A stretch of DNA of 64,000 bases, from NCBI GenBank assembly GCA_945871425.1, contig CAMBVS010000015.1, forward strand, positions 903-64,902. Reading direction: 5' to 3'. The notes under the pieces were generated by a model that was given only the letters and a program-made list of their open reading frames with translations, was not told the DNA's origin and searched no databases. Below, piece after piece: positions 27,949 to 37,157 of this stretch. A program made the translations under genes and the position numbers. Source of the stretch: Rhizobium sp. Q54 (lineage in GTDB: Bacteria; Pseudomonadota; Alphaproteobacteria; SHVZ01). The stretch's first letter is position 1. Each line of letters begins with the position of its first letter.

Positions 27949-28869
27949 ATGAAGTTGGCAATTGTAGGTGTCGGCGGGGTCGGCGGGTATTTCGGCGGGC
28001 ATCTGGCCCGCACCGGCACCGATGTGCGGTTCCTGGCCCGCGGCGCCCATCTCCGGGCGCTCAAGTCGGACGGCCTGACGGTCTTGAGCGACGTCGGGCC
28101 GATCGACCGGCTCAAGATCCGGGTGACCGACGATCCGGCCGAGATCGGCCCGGTCGATGCCGTGCTCCTGGCGGTGAAGCTCGCCGACACCGAGGCCGCC
28201 ATCGCCCAGATGCGCCCGCTGGTCGGGCCCGGGACCGCCGTTGCATCCCTTCAGAACGGCGTCGACGCGGTCGAGCGGATGAGTGCCGCCTTCGGCCGCG
28301 AGCGCGTGCTGGGCGGCGTCTGCCATATCGCCATCGCGATCGAGCGGCCGGGCGTCATCCGTCACACCGGCACCATGGCGCGGATCACCTTGGGCGAGCT
28401 CGACGGACGCAGGACCGAACGTCTGACGGCCTTGGTCGATGCCTGCAAGCGCGCCGGCCTCAACATCACCGAGGCGCCGGACATCAGCCGGACGATCTGG
28501 GAGAAGTTCGTCTTCCTCTCCGCATTCTCGGGTGTCACCGCGCTGTCGCGCTCCGCGATCGGCCCGATCCGCGACGACGCCGACGGACGCCTGTTCATCG
28601 GCCGGGCCCTGGCGGAGAGCACTGCGGTCGCCCGTGCCCGCGGCATCGCCTTCGCGAACGATCACGTCGAGAAGGCGATGGCCTTCGTCGCCAATCTCCC
28701 GGGCGCGATGAAGGCTTCGATGCTGCACGACCTCGAACGCGGCGCGAAGCTGGAGCTGCCCTGGCTCTCAGGCGCCGTCGTCCGCCTCGGCCGCGAGAGC
28801 GGCGTTCCCGTGCCGACGCACGAGACCATCGTCGCGGCGCTGAAACCGCATCAGAACGGGCGCGCCTAG
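27949..28869 (+). CDS. 2-dehydropantoate 2-reductase (PanE/ApbA) family oxidoreductase
   Basis: Start ATG 27949. MKLAIVGVGGVGGYFGG Rossmann motif and ApbA_C-like C-terminus. Confidence 0.85.
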   Translation: MKLAIVGVGGVGGYFGGHLARTGTDVRFLARGAHLRALKSDGLTVLSDVGPIDRLKIRVTDDPAEIGPVDAVLLAVKLADTEAAIAQMRPLVGPGTAVASLQNGVDAVERMSAAFGRERVLGGVCHIAIAIERPGVIRHTGTMARITLGELDGRRTERLTALVDACKRAGLNITEAPDISRTIWEKFVFLSAFSGVTALSRSAIGPIRDDADGRLFIGRALAESTAVARARGIAFANDHVEKAMAFVANLPGAMKASMLHDLERGAKLELPWLSGAVVRLGRESGVPVPTHETIVAALKPHQNGRA

Positions 28870-29636
28870 ATCTTCACGCTCATGCCGCCGTCGACGATGA
28901 GCACGTGGCCGGTGCAATAGGCCGACGCGTTGCTGGCGAGGTAGACGACCGCGCCGTCGAGCTCATCGGCCTGGCCCCAGCGCTTCAACGCGGTGCGGTT
29001 GGCGAACCAGTCGCGCTTCTCCGGATCGGCGCGGAGCGGCGTGTCCATGTTGTCGGGCGTCATCATGTAGCCCGGAGCGATGGCGTTGACGGTGACGCCC
29101 TTGGCGCCCCATTCGACCGCGAGCGCGCGCGTCATGCCTTCCAGGCCCGCCTTGGCGGCGCAGTAGTTGGCGTTGGCCTCGCGGGCGATGTGGGCGTTGA
29201 TCGAAGAGATGTTGATGATCCGTCCCCAGCCGCGGCGGATCATGCCGACCGAGGCGCGCTTGGCGAGGCGGAAGCAGGAATTGAGATCGACCTCGATGAT
29301 CTCGTTCCACTCGGCATTGGTCGCCTCGGTCGCCGTCTTGGCGTTCCCGTAGCCGGCGTTGTTGACCAGGATGTCGAGGTGGCCGAGATCCTTTTCAATC
29401 TGGTCGACCGCGGCATCGGCCTTGGCGATGTCGGTGGTGTCGAAGGCCATCGCCGTCGCCTTGCCGCCGGCGGCAACGATGGCGTCGCGGGTCTTGGCGA
29501 TGCCGGATTCGTTGCGGCCGTTGACGACGACATGGGCGCCGCAGCCGGCCAGCGCCAGCGCCATGGCGCGGCCGAGGCCGCGGGACGCGCCGGTAACCAG
29601 CGCCACCTTGCCGTCGAGCGAGAAGATCTTGGTCAC
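28866..29636 (-). CDS. Short-chain dehydrogenase/reductase (gluconate 5-dehydrogenase-like)
   Basis: Track ORF 28866..30569. Start moved to GTG 29636 (GGAG 8 nt upstream). TGASRGLG, NNAG, YCAAK. Confidence 0.9.
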   Translation of the reverse strand: MTKIFSLDGKVALVTGASRGLGRAMALALAGCGAHVVVNGRNESGIAKTRDAIVAAGGKATAMAFDTTDIAKADAAVDQIEKDLGHLDILVNNAGYGNAKTATEATNAEWNEIIEVDLNSCFRLAKRASVGMIRRGWGRIINISSINAHIAREANANYCAAKAGLEGMTRALAVEWGAKGVTVNAIAPGYMMTPDNMDTPLRADPEKRDWFANRTALKRWGQADELDGAVVYLASNASAYCTGHVLIVDGGMSVKI

Positions 29637-29668
29637 GGGGGAACTCCGATTTTTCGTGTGAGGTAGGG

Positions 29669-30613
29669 TCAGCGGCCGGCGAGCAGCGACTTCGCCAGCA
29701 TGGCATGGATGCCCTTGTTGCCGTCGACGAGCTGGGTGACGCGGAGGTCGACGGCGAGGCTGGAGAGCATGTAGGCCTCTTCCGCCGAGACGTTTAGCCG
29801 CTCGCAGATCATCTTGATCATCTCGCGGAGCGCCTGCTTCGCCGCCTCGTCGAGATCGACATTGAGGCCCATCGAGATCAGGTGCGTCGGTGTCTCCGCC
29901 CGCGGAAATTTGAGCTTCAGGTCTTTCCTTACGATCAGCTCGAAGGTGCCGGTGACCGCCGTCTCCAGCGCAGTGATCGAGACCTCGCCGTCGCCCTGGA
30001 CCGCATGACCGTCGCCGGTCGAGAACAGCGCCCCTTTGTTGAAGACGGGCAGATACAGGGTCGACCCTGCCCCCAGTTCCTTGTTGTCGAGGTTCCCACC
30101 ATATTCGCGCGGCTCGATCGTGGCGACGCGGCCGTAGATCGGCGGCGGTGCCACGCCCATCACGCCGCAGAACGGCTTCAGCGGTACCTTCATCCCCCAC
30201 GGCATCTCGGCGGTCATCGCCTTCCGGTCGAGCGGGATGTGCCAGATGCGCCTGACTGGAAAATCCTCTGGCAGGGTTCCCTTGAGCGGCGCGATCACCG
30301 TCCAGCCCCAGTCCTGGCGCAGCGCCACGTCCTTGATGCGGATTTCGAGGGTGTCGCCGGGCTCGGCGCCCTCGACATAGACCGGCCCGGTCAGGATGTG
30401 TCCGCCAGGCCCCATCTTCACCTGGGCATGGATCTCCGGATGCTCGGGCAGGATCTCGAAAGGCGGCGGCGGCAAGGTCTCCTTGGCGCCGGAGACGCAA
30501 TGGATGGTGACGGTGTCGCCGGAGGCGATCCGTATCACCGGGGGCAGATCGGCCGCGAAGACCCCCCAATGGCAGGTGGCCGGGGAGGCGGAGAGCTCAT
30601 GGTGGCGGGGCAT
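29669..30613 (-). CDS. Acetamidase/formamidase family protein
   Basis: Track ORF 29669..31381. Start moved to ATG 30613 (MPRHHELSASPATCHWG...). ...GGNLDNKELGAGSTLYLPV...GDGHAVQGDGEV... Confidence 0.88.
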   Translation of the reverse strand: MPRHHELSASPATCHWGVFAADLPPVIRIASGDTVTIHCVSGAKETLPPPPFEILPEHPEIHAQVKMGPGGHILTGPVYVEGAEPGDTLEIRIKDVALRQDWGWTVIAPLKGTLPEDFPVRRIWHIPLDRKAMTAEMPWGMKVPLKPFCGVMGVAPPPIYGRVATIEPREYGGNLDNKELGAGSTLYLPVFNKGALFSTGDGHAVQGDGEVSITALETAVTGTFELIVRKDLKLKFPRAETPTHLISMGLNVDLDEAAKQALREMIKMICERLNVSAEEAYMLSSLAVDLRVTQLVDGNKGIHAMLAKSLLAGR

Positions 30614-30736
30614 CGGATCTCTTCGAGGAAAGGCCGGTGGGAACTGGATGATAGCGCATTGCCCGGCTTCCGAGGGCCTTGACCGCCCGGCCTGTTGGCC
30701 CCATGCATCCGGGACCCAAACGGAGACCTGGGGGAG

Positions 30737-31420
30737 ATGGGCTCCACCGACACACCTGCTGCGAGCGCGCCGGTTTTCGTCGTCGCCGACGACCATCCGA
30801 TGGTCCGGGACGCGCTGGGCACGGCGTTGCGCCAGAGCTTCGCCGGGGCCCGCATCGACACCGCCGGCTCGATGGCCGAGGCGATGGCGGTGCTCGAGCG
30901 CGAGGCGGAGGTCGATGCGCTCCTGCTCGACCTCGACATGCCGGGGATGGACGGCCTCACGGGCCTCGCGACCGTCCGCGCCACCTACCCCTCGGTTCCC
31001 GTCGTCGTCGTCTCGGCTGCCCGCGACGGGCGGGTGATGCGCCGGGTTATGGATCTCGGCGCCTCGGCGTTCATGTCGAAATCGGCCTCGCTCGAGTCGA
31101 TTGCCACGGTGGTCAAGGCCGTGCTCGAGGGCGAGGTGCTGATGCCTCAGGAAGCGGAGGCGGTCGAGAGCGACGGCGAAGCAATCGAGTTCGTGCGCCG
31201 CGCCGCCCAGCTGACGCCGCAGCAATGGCGCGTGATGGCGCTGATGGCACAAGGCCTCCTCAACAAGCAGATCGCCTACGAGCTCTCGGTCGGCGAGCCG
31301 ACGGTAAAGGCGCATGTGACGACGATCCTCCGGAAGCTCGGCGTCCGCTCGCGCACCCAGGCCGTGATTCTGGCGCGCCACCTGGCCCTCGAGCCGCCGA
31401 CGGAAGCCGTCAAGCCCTGA
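30737..31420 (+). CDS. LuxR/NarL-family response regulator (CrbR/ErdR-like)
   Basis: Receiver domain VFVVADDHPMVRD...LLDLDMPGMDG. LuxR HTH NKQIAYELSVGEPTVKAHVTTILRKLGV. Start is ambiguous (TTG 30695 in the track, or ATG 30737). Confidence 0.88.
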   Translation: MGSTDTPAASAPVFVVADDHPMVRDALGTALRQSFAGARIDTAGSMAEAMAVLEREAEVDALLLDLDMPGMDGLTGLATVRATYPSVPVVVVSAARDGRVMRRVMDLGASAFMSKSASLESIATVVKAVLEGEVLMPQEAEAVESDGEAIEFVRRAAQLTPQQWRVMALMAQGLLNKQIAYELSVGEPTVKAHVTTILRKLGVRSRTQAVILARHLALEPPTEAVKP

Positions 31421-34400
31421 GCGCGACCGTCTGGCTGCGCCCGCGGCCGCGGAGAAGCGCGCGCAGCGCCGCCGGCTTGACCGGCTTCAGCAGCAGGTCG
31501 ACCCGCTGCTCGCGGGCTCGAGCCCGAAGCGAGGGGTCGCGATCGGCGGTGATCAGCGCGGCGGCGATCTCGGTTCCCCATACCCCGCGCAGGCGCTGGA
31601 TCGCCGTGAGGCCGTCTTGACCGGAACCCAGATGATAGTCGACCACCAGCAGATCCGGCGCGCGCGCCTCCTCGGCGAGCGCGGAGAGGGCCTCATCGGC
31701 GCTGGCCGATGCGATGATCCGGCAGCCCCATCCGCCGAGCAGCGTCGCCATCGCGTCCCGGACCTGCGCCTCGTCGTCGATGCAGAGCACGAAGGCCCCG
31801 GTGTCGAGGCCGGCGAGGGGCAGCGGCGCCGGCGCCGGCGCCTGGCGTCGGGCGACCGCGGAGGCGAGTGGCACCGTCACCGAGAAGACCGTGCCGCGCC
31901 CGCGGATCGAGCGGAGCGCCACCGTGTGGCCGAGCATGCGGGCGATGCGGTCGACGATGGCGAGGCCGAGACCGAGACCGCGGCCTTCGCCACGGTCGAC
32001 GGCGGCAGGGTGGAGACGGACGAACTCCTGGAAGACCAGGTCGTACTTGTCCTCGGGGATGCCGGGTCCATTGTCCCAGACCTCGATGCGGAGCGATCTG
32101 CCGATCCTCCGGCAGCCCAGCACGACGCGCGGCTTCCGACCCTCGTCGCCGCCGTAGCGGAGCGCGTTGGAGACGAAGTTCTGAAGGATGCGGCGAAGCA
32201 GCGCCGGATCCGTCGTCACCGTCGCCGAGCACGGCATCATCCTGAGGATGGTGCCGCTCTTGGAGGCGAATGGCACGAAGGCGGCAGCGAGCGAGTCGAG
32301 GAGCGGCTGGAGGAGGAAGGCACGCTTCTCCGGCTTGAGCGCGCCGGCATCGAGCTTGGAGATGTCGAGGAGCGCGTCCAGAAGCGCTTCGACCGCGCCC
32401 AGCCCCTGGTCGATCTTGGTGACCAGGTCGTTGCCGGGCTGGCGGTCGGCGAGCGCCGCGGTGAACAGACGTGCCGCATGGAGCGGCTGCAGCAGGTCGT
32501 GGCTCGCCGCGGCGATGAACCGGGTCTTGCCGAGATTGGCCGCCTCGGCCTCGGCACGGCTCCGTTCGAGCTCCACGGTGCGCTCGGCGACCCGATGCTC
32601 CAGCGTCTCCTTCGACTGGCGCAACACCGCCTCGGCGGCGCGAGCCTGGGTGGTGTCCTGGTAGAGGAGGAAGAATCCGGCGACCGCGCCCGCGTCGTCG
32701 AAATGCGGGATGTAGGTGCCTTGAGCGACCTCTATGTTCGCGTCGTTGGTCGGGAACTCGATCTCGAAGGTCTGGTGTTCGCCGCGCAGCACGCCGTCGA
32801 TGTGCGGCTTGAGGCGGCTGTAGCGCTCCTCGCCGATCACCTCGACGATGGTCCGGCCCTCGGCCTCCTCCGGCGTCAGGCTGAGCGCCGCCTGGTACTG
32901 GCGGTTGGTGAAGCGGTAGCGCTCGTCGCGGTCGATATAGGCGATGAGCACGGGGACGTTGTCGGTGTAGATGCGGATGCGGCGCTCGCTGTCGCGGAGC
33001 GCCTCGGCGGCGCGCACGCGCGCGGTCACGTCATGGCAGGTGGCAACGAAACCGCCGCCCGGCAGCGGATCGAGCCGGAGCTCGATCACGCCATTCGGCG
33101 CTCGCAGCTCCACGACCTGGGAGGAGTCAGGACGCTTCAGGACTTCCGACAAGGCTTCCGCCTGGGCGCCGACCGTGACCGCATCCGGATCGACCCCGAG
33201 CAATACAGGGAAGCGCTCATTCCAGATCTCGAGCCGGCTTTCCCGGTTGAAGGCGGCGATGCCGAGGCCGGCATGGTCGAGCGCGTTCCGCAGGATCTCC
33301 GAGCTGTAGCGGATCGCCTCGGAGGCCTCGTCCAGCATGGCTCGGGCCGCGCTCGGCAAGATCAACCGACGGCGTACGACTGCGGCCATGATGACGCGGG
33401 CGGAGGCGGCGCCGATGGTGCCGGAGAGAAGGCGATCGGCAAGCGTGAGCGCGGCCGGCACCGACAGCCCGGGCTCGGCGAAGGCGCGGTCGGCGCGCTC
33501 GGAGCCGATGAAGCGAGCGACCAGGTCGCGGAGCTCCTCAATGCGGGACGCGGCGTCGCCGCCGGGATGGGCCGGGTGCGGGGCCTCGGCGCCGAGAACG
33601 AAGGCGTCCGCCTGCTCCTGGTCGCGCCGCCTCGCCCGGGTCAGGAGCGAGCCCACGATCAGCAGCAGGGTGTTGATGGTGATGCCGACGAGGAAACCCT
33701 GGCCGATCGGGTCGAGGGAGTCGAAGGGCGCCGGCAGGAAGTCGGCAAGCGGCGTGGCGAGCTCGGCGCCGCGCGCCTGACGCAGCGATGGTAGGAGGAG
33801 GGCGTAGAGCCAGACGGCGAAGCCGCCGGCGAGACCGGCGACGACGCCGAAGCGGTTAGCCCGCCGCCAGTAGAGGCCAAGGACGAGGCCGGGCATGAAG
33901 TTGGCGATGGCGCAGAACGAGATCATGCCGATCGAAGCGAGCGGCAGATATCCCGCGATGGTGCGGTGATAGGCGTAGCCTGCGAGCACGATCACCAGCA
34001 CGGCGGCGCGGCGGACCAGGAGGACGAGCGGGCCGAGGTCACCTTGTGCGGCGGCGCGGCGGCGCAGCAGCAGCGGCATCACCAGCTCGTTGCCAATCAT
34101 GCCGGAGAGCGCCATGCAGGCGACGATCACCATCGAGGTCGCGGCCGAGAGCCCACCGATGAACACCAGGATCGACAGCCACGCCTCGTTGTGGCTGAGC
34201 GGCAGCGTCAGCACGTAGAGGTCGGGATTGGCGATCTTCGGCAGCAGCAGGAGGCCGCCGGCGGCGATCGGGACCACGAACAGGTTGATGAGCAGGAGGT
34301 AGGCCGGGAAGAGCCATCGCGCGGTCTTCAGGCTGGCGGGGTGGTCGTGCTCGACCACCGCGACATGGAACTGGCGCGGCAGGCAGAGGAAGGCGCTGGC

Positions 34401-35168
34401 GGCGAGTACCGTCGTCACCATCCAGGACAGCGACGAGGCGCGGCCTTCCAGGCGCTCGCTGACTTCGGCTGCCGCCGCGATCCGGTCGATCAGGTCGGAA
34501 GGGCCGTCGAACAGGCCGAAGATGACGAAGGGTCCGACAGCCAGCAGCGCCAGGAGTTTCACCACCGACTCGAAGGCGATCGCCAGCATCATGCCGCGAT
34601 GCTGCTCGGCCGCCTGCACGTGGCGGACGCCAAATAGGATGGTGAACACCGCCATCAGCGCGGCGACGATGAAGGAGGTGTCGGTGAAGGGTGAAGTAGG
34701 CATTCCGGCACCGCCGAGGCCGGGGCCGGCAATCGCGGTGAAGCTGGACGACACAGCCTGCAGCTGCAGCGCGATGTAGGGCAGCGCACCGACCGAGGCG
34801 ATGAGGGTGGCGCTGACGGCGACTGCCCGGCTCTTGCCGTAGCGCGATCCGAGGAAGTCGGCGATCGAGGTCACGTTGTGGCGCTTGGCGGTGGTGATGA
34901 TCTTCCGCAGCATCGGGTAGCCTGCGATCACCACCAGCACCGGGCCGACATAGATCAGGATGAAGTCGGGGCCGGAGGTCGCCGCCCGGCCGACCGCGCC
35001 GTAGAAGGTCCAGGACGTGCAGTAGATGGCGAGCGAGAGTCCGTACACCACCGGCCCGAGCCGGCTCGACGACCAGGCGCGCGCATGGCGGTCGCCGACG
35101 TAGGCGACGGCGAACAGCAGGCCGAGATAGGCCAGCGACAGGCCGAGGACGACGGTTTCCTGCAGCAA
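31410..35168 (-). CDS. Hybrid sensor histidine kinase with N-terminal sodium:solute symporter (SSS/SLC5)-like domain (CrbS/MxtR/CbrA type)
   Basis: TTG 35168 with GGGAGGG 7 nt upstream. About 13 TM helices in an SSS-like N-terminus, PAS regions, H-box AAASHDLLQPL, DNGPGIP and GLGLGLAIV ATPase boxes, and a C-terminal receiver (VLCIDDE...LLVVDYHLG). Confidence 0.9.
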   Translation of the reverse strand: MLQETVVLGLSLAYLGLLFAVAYVGDRHARAWSSSRLGPVVYGLSLAIYCTSWTFYGAVGRAATSGPDFILIYVGPVLVVIAGYPMLRKIITTAKRHNVTSIADFLGSRYGKSRAVAVSATLIASVGALPYIALQLQAVSSSFTAIAGPGLGGAGMPTSPFTDTSFIVAALMAVFTILFGVRHVQAAEQHRGMMLAIAFESVVKLLALLAVGPFVIFGLFDGPSDLIDRIAAAAEVSERLEGRASSLSWMVTTVLAASAFLCLPRQFHVAVVEHDHPASLKTARWLFPAYLLLINLFVVPIAAGGLLLLPKIANPDLYVLTLPLSHNEAWLSILVFIGGLSAATSMVIVACMALSGMIGNELVMPLLLRRRAAAQGDLGPLVLLVRRAAVLVIVLAGYAYHRTIAGYLPLASIGMISFCAIANFMPGLVLGLYWRRANRFGVVAGLAGGFAVWLYALLLPSLRQARGAELATPLADFLPAPFDSLDPIGQGFLVGITINTLLLIVGSLLTRARRRDQEQADAFVLGAEAPHPAHPGGDAASRIEELRDLVARFIGSERADRAFAEPGLSVPAALTLADRLLSGTIGAASARVIMAAVVRRRLILPSAARAMLDEASEAIRYSSEILRNALDHAGLGIAAFNRESRLEIWNERFPVLLGVDPDAVTVGAQAEALSEVLKRPDSSQVVELRAPNGVIELRLDPLPGGGFVATCHDVTARVRAAEALRDSERRIRIYTDNVPVLIAYIDRDERYRFTNRQYQAALSLTPEEAEGRTIVEVIGEERYSRLKPHIDGVLRGEHQTFEIEFPTNDANIEVAQGTYIPHFDDAGAVAGFFLLYQDTTQARAAEAVLRQSKETLEHRVAERTVELERSRAEAEAANLGKTRFIAAASHDLLQPLHAARLFTAALADRQPGNDLVTKIDQGLGAVEALLDALLDISKLDAGALKPEKRAFLLQPLLDSLAAAFVPFASKSGTILRMMPCSATVTTDPALLRRILQNFVSNALRYGGDEGRKPRVVLGCRRIGRSLRIEVWDNGPGIPEDKYDLVFQEFVRLHPAAVDRGEGRGLGLGLAIVDRIARMLGHTVALRSIRGRGTVFSVTVPLASAVARRQAPAPAPLPLAGLDTGAFVLCIDDEAQVRDAMATLLGGWGCRIIASASADEALSALAEEARAPDLLVVDYHLGSGQDGLTAIQRLRGVWGTEIAAALITADRDPSLRARAREQRVDLLLKPVKPAALRALLRGRGRSQTVALRA

Positions 35169-35250
35169 CGGGCGCCCTCCCTGCGACTCTTCGTCTTTCC
35201 GGCATTAAGCCCGCCCCGCCTGCCCCTGTCCACGTCTGCGGGGTGCCGGT

Positions 35251-36897
35251 ATGTTTGCGAACATGAACGGAATGACGGACGCGGCGACCCGCGCCAGCCT
35301 CGGCAGCTTCGACTACGTGATCGTCGGCGCCGGCTCGGCCGGCTGCGTGCTCGCCAACCGGCTCTCGGCCGATTCGAGCGCATCGGTGGCGCTGCTGGAG
35401 GCGGGCGGGCGGGACAACTATCTCTGGATCCACATCCCCGTCGGCTATCTCTACACGCAGAACAATCCCGAGACCGACTGGTGCCTCAAGACCGAGCCGG
35501 AGCCCGGGCTCAACGGTCGCGCCCTCAACTATCCGCGCGGGCGCGTGCTGGGCGGCTGCTCGGCGATCAACGGCATGATCTACATGCGTGGCCAGGCGCG
35601 GGACTACGATCGCTGGCGCCAGCTCGGCAATGCCGGTTGGGCATGGGAGGACGTCCTTCCCTATTTCAAGCGGTCCCAGCACCAGATGCGCGGTGCCGAC
35701 GACCATCACGGCACCGGCGGCGAGTGGATCGTCGACGAGATGCGGCTGTCCTGGGAGATCTTGGACGCCTTCCGCGAGGCTGCAGCCGAGGTCGGCATTC
35801 CCAAGACCACCGACTTCAACCGTGGCGACAACGAGGGCTGCGGCTATTTCCAGGTGAACCAGCGGCGCGGCGTGCGGCTCAGCACCGCGCGCGCGTTCCT
35901 GAAGCCGGTGCGACGGCGCCCCAACCTCAAGGTCTTCACTCATGCGGAGGCGGAGCGGGTTCTGGTGAGGGATGGCCATGCCGTCGGCGTCGCTCTGCGC
36001 CATCGCGGCATCCCCATGCGCATCGAGGCCCGTGGCGAAGTGATCCTGGCCGCCGGTGCCATCGGCTCGCCGCAGCTTCTCCAGGTCTCGGGCATCGGGC
36101 CGGGCGCGTTGCTTGCCGAACACGGCATCCAGGTCGTCCACGACCTCCCGGGTGTCGGCGAGAATCTGCAGGACCACCTGCAGCTCCGCCTCGCCTTCAA
36201 GGTCAGCAACACCAAGACGCTCAACGAGCGCGCCGGCCGCCTGCTCGGCCGCATGGGCATGGCGCTCGAATACGCCTTCCTCCGCCGCGGACCGATGGCG
36301 ATGGCGCCAAGCCAGCTCGGCGGCTTTGCCAAGAGCGACCCGGCATTGGAGACGCCGAACCTCGAATATCACGTGCAGCCGCTCAGCCTGGAGCGCTTCG
36401 GCGAGCCGCTGCACCCGTTCCCGGCCTTCACCGCCTCGGTCTGCAACCTCCGTCCGGAAAGCCGCGGCCATGTCCGCATCCGCGACGCCGATGCGCGGAC
36501 GCCGCCGGCGATCCGGCCGAACTACCTGGCGACCGAGACCGACCGGCGCGTTGCGGTCGAGGCGATCCGGCTCACCCGGCGGATCGCCGGGGCGAAGGCC
36601 CTCGCCCGCTTCACTCCCGAGGAGTTCAAGCCCGGTCCGCAGCTCCAGTCGGACGCGGAGCTGGCGAAGGCCGCCGGCGATATCGGCACCACCATCTTCC
36701 ATCCGGTCGGCACCTGCCGGATGGGGCATGACGCGACCGCCGTGGTCGACGACCGGCTACGGGTCCACCGCGTCGGCGGGCTCCGGGTGGTCGACGCCTC
36801 GGTGATGCCGACCATCACGTCCGGCAACACCAACGCGCCGACCATGATGATCGCCGAGAAGGCCGCGGACATGATCCTGGCCGACCGCAGGGTCTAG
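35251..36897 (+). CDS. GMC family oxidoreductase (choline/alcohol dehydrogenase-like)
   Basis: FDYVIVGAGSAGCVLANRLS FAD motif and a GMC signature region. Alternative in-frame ATGs at 35263 and 35272. Confidence 0.9.
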   Translation: MFANMNGMTDAATRASLGSFDYVIVGAGSAGCVLANRLSADSSASVALLEAGGRDNYLWIHIPVGYLYTQNNPETDWCLKTEPEPGLNGRALNYPRGRVLGGCSAINGMIYMRGQARDYDRWRQLGNAGWAWEDVLPYFKRSQHQMRGADDHHGTGGEWIVDEMRLSWEILDAFREAAAEVGIPKTTDFNRGDNEGCGYFQVNQRRGVRLSTARAFLKPVRRRPNLKVFTHAEAERVLVRDGHAVGVALRHRGIPMRIEARGEVILAAGAIGSPQLLQVSGIGPGALLAEHGIQVVHDLPGVGENLQDHLQLRLAFKVSNTKTLNERAGRLLGRMGMALEYAFLRRGPMAMAPSQLGGFAKSDPALETPNLEYHVQPLSLERFGEPLHPFPAFTASVCNLRPESRGHVRIRDADARTPPAIRPNYLATETDRRVAVEAIRLTRRIAGAKALARFTPEEFKPGPQLQSDAELAKAAGDIGTTIFHPVGTCRMGHDATAVVDDRLRVHRVGGLRVVDASVMPTITSGNTNAPTMMIAEKAADMILADRRV

Positions 36898-36954
36898 CCC
36901 CGCGACCTTCCGCCGCTTGCCCGGTTGCCGGCCAGGCTGGTAACAACCCCACTG

Positions 36955-37075
36955 TCATTGGGGAGTAGCCGCCCGCCTTGAGCGGGGGTCGCGTCAACAC
37001 ACTTAGCCCTTGGGCCATGGCGCGATCGGCAGCCGGCCCTTTTCGGGCCGAAGCATGGCGAGACCTTTGGCATCG
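36955..37075 (+). promoter_or_regulatory. yybP-ykoY (Mn2+) riboswitch-like leader
   Basis: 5' GGGGAGTAGC (36960-36969) and 3' GGCGAGACC (37057-37065) match the two conserved strands of the Mn2+ riboswitch as I remember them. Internal hairpins lie at 36972-36986 and 37034-37050, and a CGTCAACA element is present. The leader sits about 88 nt upstream of a UPF0016 exporter gene. Confidence 0.75.
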
Positions 37076-37157
37076 GCGCTCCGACTCAACTCTGGGATCG
37101 GGCCGGGCGCGCCGTGCCATGGTCCGTGCTCTTGTCCCGATCCCCGATGTGAGCCTC

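Noticed and set aside
31617-36729. Very long antisense ORFs: 31617..33794 + (725 aa) and 34039..36729 - (896 aa). The same kind occurs at 55672..58017 +, 58076..60778 +, 61533..63560 -, 44262..46067 -, 47108..48829 -, 8966..10453 -, 11592..12848 -, 16125..17405 -, 16739..18160 - and 19037..20119 -.
   Set aside because: All are Arg/Gly/Ala/Pro/Asp-rich, lack any recognisable motif, and lie opposite genes with strong domain signatures (histidine kinase, GMC oxidoreductase, EF-G-like, aroB and others). Stop codons are rare in every frame of DNA with about 70% G+C, so length alone is not evidence.
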